Source of the DNA: Chrysomallon squamiferum
Taxonomy: Eukaryota; Animalia; Mollusca
Reading direction: 5' to 3'
Assembly: GCA_012295275.1 (NCBI GenBank)
Contig: CM022672.1
Coordinates: forward strand, 7,812,001 to 7,876,000
DNA: 64,000 bases
A program made the translations under genes and the position numbers. The stretch's first letter is position 1. The number at the start of each line of letters is the position of its first letter. The notes below the pieces were generated by a model, which was given only the letters and a program-made list of their open reading frames with translations, was not told the DNA's origin and did no database searches. Shown in pieces: positions 26,986 through 37,406 of the stretch.

Positions 26986-28002
26986 TTATTTTTTTATTTT
27001 CTTGATAACATCTAGAAATGCTGAAAACAGTTTCATTTTTTCTTCGTGCATTTTTTCCAGTCTCTGCATTTTCATTTCTTCCCTCTCTTTTCTTTCTTCG
27101 TTTAATTTCTTGATCAGTGATGTTAGACTATTTGTTGGGAAGCTTTCTGCTTTGGAACTTTTTTTCTGTCCTTTTGTCGGTGACTTTTTACTGAATTCCT
27201 GCAGTTCTTGATCAGCATCAGCACTAGATTCATCATCGTCTAGCTCTGAACTGTCTAAAATAAAGTCATCATTAAATGGCGGAGCTGATCGTTTACGTGA
27301 AGACCCAAGACGTTTGCTGGATCGTGTAGGAGGAGGTGACTGGTTTGCTGGTTTCTTGCTAACAGTCTTAAGAAACGATGAAAACATGTCCATTTTCTCT
27401 TTGTGCATCTCTTCCAGTTTTTCTAGTCTTTTCTTGTCTTGTTCCTTTTTGTCCTTATTGATGTTAACTAGTAAAGACGATAATTTGTCGTCTGCTATCG
27501 AATCGTCTTCGCTGTTTGTAATGTCTGCTTCTGTCGTTTTATTTCCTTTGTACTCGTACACTTCGGACAGTGCGTCAAAATAAGGAAATTCGAGATGCCG
27601 GTCTTCTGGAGGAGTTCCTCTATCGCAAATCACTTTGTACTGGCGAATCAGTGTCCTGTATTTGGTGTGACAGTGATCATCCGTGCACTTCGTGTGACCC
27701 ATATCACGCATTTTAGACGATATAGATTCCCACATAGGTCTTTGATTTCTAACATACACTGGGTTAGCTTCTATGTATTCCTTGTACAGTCGAATCAAAT
27801 CAAATATTCGCTGTTCAGTCCACAGGTACTGTCCATGGCTGTACTTTGTTGTGTATCTGCTGTTGTAGTCTTTTCTACCGGAATATCTATTACGATTGAC
27901 AACGGAAACCTTTTTCGGTGGATCGCCAGGATGTTTTTTATCCTCGGAATTCTGTGTAGAACTAGTATCCTCTACCTGCTCAGTTTTTACTTGAACCTCC
28001 AT
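26986..28002 (-). CDS. Myb/SANT-like trihelix protein B, paralog of A (one SANT, two coiled-coil modules), 338 aa
   Basis: Intact single-exon ORF. QYLWTEQRIFDLIRLYKEYI...RPMWESISSKM...CTDDHCHTKYRTLIRQYKVI...YFDALSEVY aligns to the first SANT of gene A. Acceptor TTTCAG| lies 2 nt before the ATG. Confidence 0.85.
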   Translation of the reverse strand: MEVQVKTEQVEDTSSTQNSEDKKHPGDPPKKVSVVNRNRYSGRKDYNSRYTTKYSHGQYLWTEQRIFDLIRLYKEYIEANPVYVRNQRPMWESISSKMRDMGHTKCTDDHCHTKYRTLIRQYKVICDRGTPPEDRHLEFPYFDALSEVYEYKGNKTTEADITNSEDDSIADDKLSSLLVNINKDKKEQDKKRLEKLEEMHKEKMDMFSSFLKTVSKKPANQSPPPTRSSKRLGSSRKRSAPPFNDDFILDSSELDDDESSADADQELQEFSKKSPTKGQKKSSKAESFPTNSLTSLIKKLNEERKEREEMKMQRLEKMHEEKMKLFSAFLDVIKKIKK

Positions 28003-28509
28003 GTCTGAAATAATAAATATTATAAAGATATAAAATATTTTAATTTATATTATTATTAAACCGGTTTAACGTTAATAAATTAACAGTGTAATCAGTTTAA
28101 TAATTATAATAATAATAATAATAATAAAATAAAATAAAATAAAATAATAATAATAATTAAAAAAAAAATAAATAAATATTAAAAAAAAAAAAAAAAGGAA
28201 TAAATAAATAAATAAATAAATTTCCCATGGATTGTAATTTCTAATATAAACTTGAACATGTGCTTTCCATTTAACACAAGCACAGCGTTACATTTAGCAA
28301 AGAATGCTTTGCATCGAAACGCTCGAACAACTTCCGACTGTTACATTCGAGTGCAATGCTCGCTACTAACGTAGTGTTTGTAAGATTAATTATAAACGAT
28401 GTTTTATACAGCGAAATACACATTTTGTTATAGGCTGTAATGTTGATTAAGATGTCGCCGCTATCAAACAGCCAGTAAATAAATCAAATAATTTGATTAA
28501 CGTATTTAC

Positions 28510-28620
28510 CTACAACATCAGAACACTCAAATACGACCTAGATTTCAGTCGATTACTTCGATAAGCGAACTTGATTTTCGTTCTTTTCCGGTGGCGTGGT
28601 GTGTTATGGGAATGTTTAAG
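28510..28620 (-). promoter_or_regulatory. Non-coding first exon and promoter of Myb/SANT gene B
   Basis: Donor TAG|GTAAAT at 28510/28509; CpG-rich; ETS-like CCGGAA (~28585-28590) and Staf/ZNF143-like TTCCCATAA (~28604-28612) on the minus strand. Confidence 0.55.
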
Positions 28621-29602
28621 AAATATACGTTATTTAAATTGATATCTAGTTAAACAAAATGTATAATTACATTCTTAATGGTATTAATCTGTAAAGAATT
28701 AAAAACAAACAAAAAAAGTTATAAAATTTGAGGTTACAAGTGTTGTTGAAGAACAAAATAATTCAGAATAGATCAGGTCGAAAATACGGACCGCATTCAC
28801 TACAAATACAGCTTTTCTCAAACTTCGTTTATATTGTGTCTCTTTCAGATATTAATTAAAACCTTCATGTACATCAGCACCTGGATTATTAAATACAATT
28901 TCAGTATTAGTGTCTTAGACATTCGTAAGAAAATTAAACTGATTATTGATGCTTATTTCTGGTTCTGTTTTAATTATAATTATTCAAAAATTAATTTTTG
29001 TTGTTTTGTTCACTTTCCTCCTAAAGTTTGTAACTTAATTTTTAATTTTTAAAAGAAATCACAATCTGGTTAATCTCATTTATATATATATGTCGATGGT
29101 TCTTAACAAGAAAATTAAAAATGATGATAAAATTTCGTTTTAGAAATAACTAAATATAGAGAAGATACGGTCAACAAATTCAATTTTTCATTTTATTTTA
29201 AAAGATAAAAACGTTATTAATATATGTGTTATTTTTAATGGAACAAATTATTTCTGATAAACATTTGTCGTCTGCCTCCATTGCTTAACAGTGTGGATGC
29301 GTTCGACCTATTTGAGTGTACTTCGAATTTACCAATCTTTCCATGATAATATATTATTTTTAACTTGTATGCTAATTTACCACTGGATATTACACTTCCT
29401 TGCCATTGTTTATAACTAAAACGAAGATCTGGATTTTGTATCAAAAACGTCGCAATTAATTTATTAAATGAGATCATTTCACAAGGTGTTATTCGTTTCG
29501 TTCCGGAATACTCCGACCGTATTTTACTAAAAAGATCGTACCACATCGGCCATGCAAACTCGGCAAATGTATATTGCATAGTTAAATTACTTATATCTCC
29601 GA

Positions 29603-29655
<53 letters not shown>
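29603..29655. repeat. (TAT)n microsatellite
   Basis: Read directly from the sequence; gives the poly-Asn pseudo-ORF. Confidence 0.95.
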
Positions 29656-29656
<1 letters not shown>

Positions 29657-30903
29657 CGTCATTCAGAGAATAGATATTTTTAAAACGGTTAATTTTGTTT
29701 CCTTTATAGTATGTTTGATAGCAAAAGTTTAATAACAATTGCTTGGTGATGTTTGAAATAGTTTGAATTTGTTTCTTGTGTGTGTGTGTGTGGTGAGAAT
29801 TTTATCAAAAAATAAAATAAAATAAAATAAAAAATAAAAAATTGAAAACAAAAGAGACAGAAGAAAACAATCAACCCCCAAAAAAAAAAACCACTCATAA
29901 TTATGAATAAAAATAATAAATGTTTTTATTTTTATTTTTATTTATTTGATTAAAAAAAAAAAAAAAAAAGAAGAAGAAGAAGAAAGAAAGAAAATGTAAT
30001 GCTTTTAAAATGTATTAAATTATTATCATTTAAATCAAATGCATTATAACATTTTTAATTCATTTTGAGGGAACCTTTGTAAGTTTTTGGGCAGACAAGA
30101 AATATATTGGCCATTCTGAATTAGGTAAATGTGGATGACCTGAGAGGCTGTTCATTCTGGACTGAGATTCTCTTTCTTGAGAGACCTGGGCTGTAAAAGC
30201 TTAAAATAATTATAAATAAACAAATAGACATAAAGACAGACAAATACATAAATAAATATGTAAGAAAGTAAATAAATAAATAAAAATGATTAAAAAAGGG
30301 AGAGAAAGAAAGAAGGAGCAGAAGAAAAAAGACAAATAAATAAGAAATTTTAAATACCATATGAAGAAAATATCATCTCTATACAAAACCAAGATGCTAC
30401 ATATAATAGATAATTTTATTTTTATAGTTTTCAATTTGTAATTTCTGTTGATTATTTTATTATATATCTATCTGTGTATGTATGTGTTTATGTCTGTGTT
30501 TGGGTGAACCAGTGGGTGAGAGTTATAAATAGGGAATTAAAACAAATATAATATTTATCATTATTTTGTGTGATTGGAAACAATGCTACATTTATTATTA
30601 GTAGTATTTTTATTATTACTACTTGTTGTTTTAATGTAGATCCCTCTGGTTGCATAATATATGTATATGTGTGTCTGTGTGTATAGGGTGGGTTTATGTG
30701 TCTAGTTTATGAATCTTGCAGTATTATGCAAGAACTGTCTTAACATCAGTATACTATGTCTCATTTTTTATTCTATTATATTATTATGAAGGCAGAACTT
30801 TGGTTTTTCAAAACACTTAATTAGTAATATAGTTCATATCTAAAGAGAACATTAATTTTTGTACTACAGTCCAAAATGTTATAATCATGTTTGGCAATCA
30901 CTA

Positions 30904-30946
<43 letters not shown>

Positions 30947-31599
30947 GTTTTTCTTTTTAAATGAAAAACGTGGTTCAAAGTGAATTATAAAAAACTGATT
31001 ACTATTTTATCTTTATGTTTGGTATATAATTCTTGCTTTGAAATTATTTAACGTTCATTAATGTTATTTATTTATTTATTTCTTATTTGTTTTCTTTCTT
31101 TTCCTTTTATTTGTGGAGGAATCCAGCTAAAAATTATTTGAACCACGGTAAATGAAATGTTATAGAAATTGGAACAATGTTATTTGGTCAACAGATTTGC
31201 CACAAAAATATATAATGAACAAAACATTTGTGAAACCAATAAAACAGAGATAAACTGACATTGGAACATATATTTAGTTATCCTGATCCAAAATTTCTTT
31301 CAAGATGAAATAACAAAACAAAAACAATAGTTAAACAGCTAATAAATTAGTCATTTCTAAAAACACAGAATGTAAAAGATTTTATAAAAAGTCAAAATAA
31401 AAAAAAATTAAAAAAAATAAAATAAAATGAAATAAAAAAAATAATAATTAAAATTAAATATTATGCTTTATTTTTAAAAATGTATGATGGAAAAATAATG
31501 ACAGTATATGAATTCGATATTCTATTTTCAGTCGTCATCCGATACCGAATTTTTAAAACCCAGTTTGAATCCGAATTTTCACTGTATATAAACCATCCC

Positions 31600-31745
31600 C
31601 AATAAGCGCACAGTTCATATCATGTGCTCAAATCAACCAATCACCGCACACGACATTTCATTTCTTTGATGCTGTTGGCAAGATGGCGGAACTCTAGCTT
31701 TCATAATTTGTTGTCTGGATTATGCCCTAAAGAGAATCGCTGACG
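31600..31745 (+). promoter_or_regulatory. C2orf42 promoter and non-coding first exon
   Basis: CCAAT box (AACCAATCA ~31636); YY1 motif CAAGATGGCGG (31679-31689); donor ACG|GTATGA at 31745/31746; acceptor TTTCAG| at 32652, 8 nt before the ATG. Confidence 0.7.
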
Positions 31746-32660
31746 GTATGATTTTTTTTCTGGTATGGAACAATATTTGTGCTGCAGTATATGGCAGAGT
31801 TAAAAAACAATAAATAGAAAGTTACAAACAATTGGAAAAGTATAAAATTATAAATATTATGAAGTAAATAATCGAAAGAAAAAAATAAATTAAATAATCC
31901 CAATTATCGGTTGAGTTTCCACTGATCCTTTTGGCCCATTGTAGATGGAAGAAATATATCAATTTATGTAATTACTGATCTTTGTCTTTTCAAACATATT
32001 AAGATATTTTAATATATAAATTAAGTAATTTCATAAATAGTTAAAATACTGTTTAGATCTGTTTATAAAATTTTTAAGGTTAATCAGTTAATAATTACAC
32101 TTACAGTTTATATTGAAACAGACGACTGATTGACTAAGTGATTGAATGATTCAGTTTATTGTCAACATTTATTTGGCAGTAACTGTTACATTAGTTTTAT
32201 TTTGTTCCGTTGCACCGTTATTAATTTGTAAAGCCTTTTAGGTTAGGTCTGCTGCATATTACTGTTACTAGCAGAAGTTTTAGAACTTATACCAAGTATT
32301 TGCCAATATTTCTTACTCAGCTGTAATAAAAAAAAAAAAAAGCTTATTCAAAACTTAAGTTTAATTTATCTTACCAAAACAAACTTGTTCTTGTTGTTAA
32401 AAAGCCTAAGCACTTCAAAATTTAAAGGCTTTTTAACCAGAACAGTTTGGACAATCATTGGCAGTAGATTTTAGCATGAGATGATGAGGAAACCTGATTG
32501 ATTAGGTAAGCTAGTGTTTTAAATTAAAACACTGAAAAAATATCACAGTGACACAATTACAAGAGCTACGAAAATGGAATAATCAGAATGTACAAAAATA
32601 GAAAAATATGCTGTCTCTGTGTATATTATAACTTCTGGAAATTTTATTTCAGGCTGAAAG

Positions 32661-35600
32661 ATGTCATCTTCAGAGAAATTGAAAGCCTTATTTGGAGATC
32701 TTGGCAAGCCGACTCTACGTGGTGTAAGAAAATGTCCTAAATGTGGCACCTACAATGGCACAAGAGGCATCAGCTGCAAGAACAAAAACTGCGATGTTGT
32801 GTTTAAAGAACGTGAAAGAAAACGTGGTCACAGTGCCGATGCAGTGAAAATAATCACAGGTTCCACAGTACAGGTGTTCTCAGTGCGACTGCGAGATCGT
32901 GGCCCAGACTATCGAGGCTTTGTTCAGTTACCTCTTGTTCAGGACATGGATGGAAATCCAGCCACAGTGGTTGATCCATCAGTATTGGCACAAGCAGCCA
33001 GGTGCTATGTCGATACGTGCAGTCGACACACAAGTCAGTTAGGTTTCATTGAAACACCGTGTAGTCATATCAAGTCAGCCATAGACTGCACGGCTGAGGC
33101 TCAACCACTGACACTGAAAAATTCTGTGTTGAACTCACTTCAGGTTTCTAATGAGACAAAGCAGGCAATATGGCTGCTGGCAACAGAGACAACGGGTCCT
33201 CTTGTTCAGAGGGTGACAAAAAACATTATGGTGGTTAAGTGTAAACCCTATCCAAAACAGCCGTTAGGTTTTCTTCATTTCTCCTTCTTTGAATCTTCCA
33301 GAAACAAGTCCAACCCAGACCACAGGTTCCAGTGTAGTTGCAAAACTTTCAAGGTAGTTTGTTTGAATGGTTTGAACAGAGTTGCATATATATATATATA
33401 TATATAGATATATAAGATATTTTTACACTTTTAAACAAATGGTGCAATTATTATTATTTTATGGTTCTTGCTTTAGTGTTTCAATTAAAAAAAAACTTCT
33501 GTTATTAGGTTTTCAAACTGAAATGTGAAGAATTTCCTTTAGCATGCATAAACACATGTCATGTTTTAACAGTGTATACTTTTTTTCAGAACTGTAAGCA
33601 AAATGTGCTTAAGGAAGACACATTAAAAAGATGTGTTCACTTCTATGCATGTGTTTGTGCATTTGCCAGTGATGAAAAACTTGCAGAGGAATTCATGTAC
33701 TACATTAATCTGGACAATTCTGGTAACAAGTCGATTCTTTCTCAACATTTTTTAAAATGATTTGTTTATGCTTGTAAAGTTGTGTTACAAGCTTAATAAA
33801 ATCATTTTCATGCCTACTAATATTGATTATTTTAATATTAATATTTCATGGTTTGCTTTATTAAATGTTTCTTGTTGTGGGTTTTTTTTTTCGTGTTTTT
33901 TTTTTCTTTTGTTTCCCCTCTCCCCCATACTGTCTATCTTCATATATAATTTAAAATACATTATTTTAAATTATTTTTAAATTCACTCATAATTATTGTG
34001 ACCTTGTAATTATAACATTTGTGTGGGTATGGGTATTTGGTGGGTGGGTGTTTGTGTGGGTGTATTTTTTATTATTATTTTTTCATCTTCTGAAATGGGC
34101 TAATTCTTCTTGCTGTTATTTTATTCAGTTATCCCACCGCATCCAAATGTTGATTCTGCCGTGGAGAGACAGGTTGTTACTATTTATCAAACTGCCGATG
34201 GTGAGGTTACAACTGAAAACAATACTCTCGAGGTTATTGTCACTGAAGATGATTTGCTTGGAGAAATATCCCCCAAGAAACGCAAAAAGGACGACGCCTT
34301 AATTGGTAAGATAAATGATTGATTAATAAGTTCTTAAAACACTTATCTGTAATTTAAAAAAAAAAAAAAAAAAATATAGTAAAGAAAATTGAAGAGAAAA
34401 AAACTGAAAAACAGCAACCAAAAAAATGAACCATGCCCCTTTTGAAAATAAACACTGTTTATACATTTTAATTTTATTCATTATGAAATTTAAAGGGCAG
34501 AAAAAAATATGTTTCTTTAAACTTTAGGATGTAAATAGAGTCTTTAATTGGTGTTTATTGAAACTAGTCTTATGCAATATTTTGTTATTTTTATAAATTA
34601 TTATTTCTTTTTCTAGAATTCTATTTATTTATAGGCACAGATTTTAAGAACTCCTTAATTACCTATTTCAGATACAACAAAATTGTTGGTTTTATTTCAG
34701 TTTTAATTGAATAGGAGATAAACAAATTTTAATATATATTACTTAGTTTAAAATAATTATATATTATTATATATTTCACATCATGAGAATATGCTAACTC
34801 AGATTTGTAGTTTTTTGTTTTAATTAATTTGGAATTTTATTTAAAGCTCAAGCAAGCAGTGCTCTGTTGACGTTACAAGAAGGACCACCAGCACAGAAGA
34901 AGTGTAGTCCTGGGAAACAAGCAGGTGTTAATACTCCTAAAAAAGCAGCCAGTACTCCCAAACTTCCATTTGGTAAACAATATGTCAGTCACATTGTTTG
35001 TCTCTGCATTAACACACTTTTCAGTTATTCCTAGGATATATATGGGTGTCAATGGTGTGCATATCATTTTAAATTTAAAAATGTCAATTTTTGTTTTTTT
35101 ATAATAAATGTTTTTTTTATAATAAATGTTTTTTTTATAAAAACTAATTGGCATCCCTGCAAATTTATAATTACAAGTCAGTTCACTTTTTTTATTCATC
35201 ATATATTTTTTCTCTGAGAAATATACTCAGTGACTCTACTTTCATATAAATCTTACTTTATATGTTATCAATACATTTAAAAAATATTTAAAATGATTTT
35301 GTTTGCTTTTCAGTTCATATTACTCTAGATGAAGGAGCTACTGGTATCACTTTTCATGAATGGCTTGCTAGTGTCACAGAACGCATTAATCAAACTATGC
35401 ATTACCAGTTCGATGGTAATTGTTTTTCCCTGGATTATATTTATTTTAATAATATTTATTGTAATAATATTTATTTTTATAATATATATTTTATAACATT
35501 TATTTTATATTTATTTTTATAATATTTATTTTTATAATATTTATTTAATAACATTTATTTTATATTTATTTTTATAATATTTATTTTAATTTTTTTTTTT

Positions 35601-37406
35601 TTTTTTCTCAGGATGTATGTATAATTTTATTTACAGAAAGCTGTATGTAATATAAATATTCTGGTTTGTCAGCATGGAATGTTTTTTAAACAAAAATTAA
35701 ATTTATGTGATAAGTGAATCATTTCACTAAGATAAAGTGTTCTGAATTTTTGCATTATGAATTTTTTGTAGGGTCTTAAAAGAAGATTCAGCACAGATAA
35801 AATGTTTTTATTCAGAAACAACTTTATTTAACCTTGCCACAAAATGCATTAGTTAAATATTAGATCTATTAAATTCTCTAATTTGTTGTCTATAACTTTT
35901 ATAAATTTTTGTAAGTTGATAAAACATATCTGAAAACATAGTTAACTCCAAATTTTTGGCATTTTTTAAAGTTAATAAAAGATTTCTGACTATTTAAGGT
36001 AATCCAGAATTTTTTGCATGTTGAAGAGTTAAAAAGTCACATCTGAAAAATTCATTTAACCCACACATCTTTTTTCATTTTAAAAGTTAGTAAGATATAT
36101 TTGTGATAATTTCAGGTAACTCCGAATTTTTGGCATGTTTTTGAATTAATAAAGTATTTGTGCTAATTTCAGGTAACCCAGATCCTTTGGTGTTTCATGC
36201 CCCACAAGTTTTCTTTGACTGCCTTCAACAGCGAATCTCGTCGGGAAGTCGGAAGAAACGACTGCCCAACTACACCACCGGCTTTGTCCGCAAGGATGCT
36301 CTTCCTCTTGGCACCTTCACTAAGTACACGTGGCACATGACAAACATACTTCATGTGAAGCAGATATTTGACACTGTAGAGGTGTGTAAATCACAACTCA
36401 TAAATATCCTTTATAATGTGAATTAATGTCTTCAACTTTCTTTGTAAATTACATATATATATTTTTGTAAGTGTTTGTTACCTGTTAATAATAGACATAT
36501 TGCTAACAGGTCCTAGATTGAAAAAAAAAAAAAAAATTTCACCTCTGTGTTGCAATAAATTGTCTTCATTTTGTTAAAATTATTTTATAAATGAATTAAA
36601 AATATTTTTTTTCCAGATGCCTTTGGAGATTACAAGAAATTTTGTGGAAAACCATGATGGAACTTACGATTTATATGAAGTGCCAAAAGTAGAAGTGGAA
36701 AATGTTGATGATTCTTTCAAAGGAAAGAACCCAACCCCAATTCGTCCATTTGAATTAAAAACATTCCTTAAAGTTGGTTAGTAATGCAGTTAACTTCACT
36801 CTGTAGTATCTAATATTTCAGTGGCTCCAGATAACATTTTGTTTGTGTGAAGTTATTACTTTTATCTTTTTGAATTTTACTTGTATGGAGATCTGTTTAC
36901 ATTTCTATTGTCAAATTATTAATAAAAAAAAATTTTAATTTTTTTTAATGTAACAGTGTTTAGTCTCCAGATTGGTAATGCTTGCCTTTATAGTAGCAAG
37001 ATGTTGGATGGTTAAAATTAAAAAATTAAAATAAATATAACTTAACATGTATACTAGTATTTGAAATGGTAAACATAAAAACGCATAATGGTACCTGACT
37101 AATTAGATTTTTTATTTCGGTTACTGTGACCTGTAATGACCAGTTTTAATATGTCTTAAGTAATCACCATGATATAATTTATCTAACCTTTCTCCAGGTC
37201 CAGTGTCCTCAGAACAAAAAGAACCACATCCATTCATTATTGAATGGATTCCAGACATTTTACCAAAATCTCGAATAGGAGAGCTGAGAATTAAATTTGA
37301 GTATGGACATCAGCGTAATGGGCAGGTTGAACATCGGATATCGTCATCTTCACCAGAAATCTCCACAGTGCAAGCAATTCAGCTACAAGAAATGTGCCAA
37401 ACATGA
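32661..37406 (+). CDS. C2orf42: C2orf42 ortholog (zf-tcix treble-clef protein); exons 32661-33353, 33590-33722, 34129-34305, 34847-34972, 35314-35415, 36173-36381, 36617-36776, 37198-37406 (602 aa)
   Basis: [85 protein letters not shown] and [12 protein letters not shown] are characteristic of C2orf42. All junctions are GT-AG and in frame. Confidence 0.93.
35436..35590. repeat. AT-rich ~15-bp minisatellite in a C2orf42 intron
   Basis: Repeated TATTTATTTT(T)ATAA units. Confidence 0.8.
35910..36200 (+). repeat. Degenerate 57-60-bp tandem repeat whose last unit is a C2orf42 splice acceptor
   Basis: Unit anchors at 35941, 35998, 36055, 36115 and 36172 (…TTCAG|GTAAC…AATTTTTGGCAT…GTTAATAAA). Confidence 0.75.

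Noticed and set aside
29235-29738. 167-aa minus-strand ORF with poly-Asn
   Set aside because: Non-ATG start, built on a (TAT)n microsatellite, and no recognisable domain or splice context.
32481-32535. Possible box C/D snoRNA (ATGATGA...CTGA...CTGA)
   Set aside because: Only ~55 nt with no terminal stem or obvious rRNA guide; better explained as a 5'UTR cassette exon.
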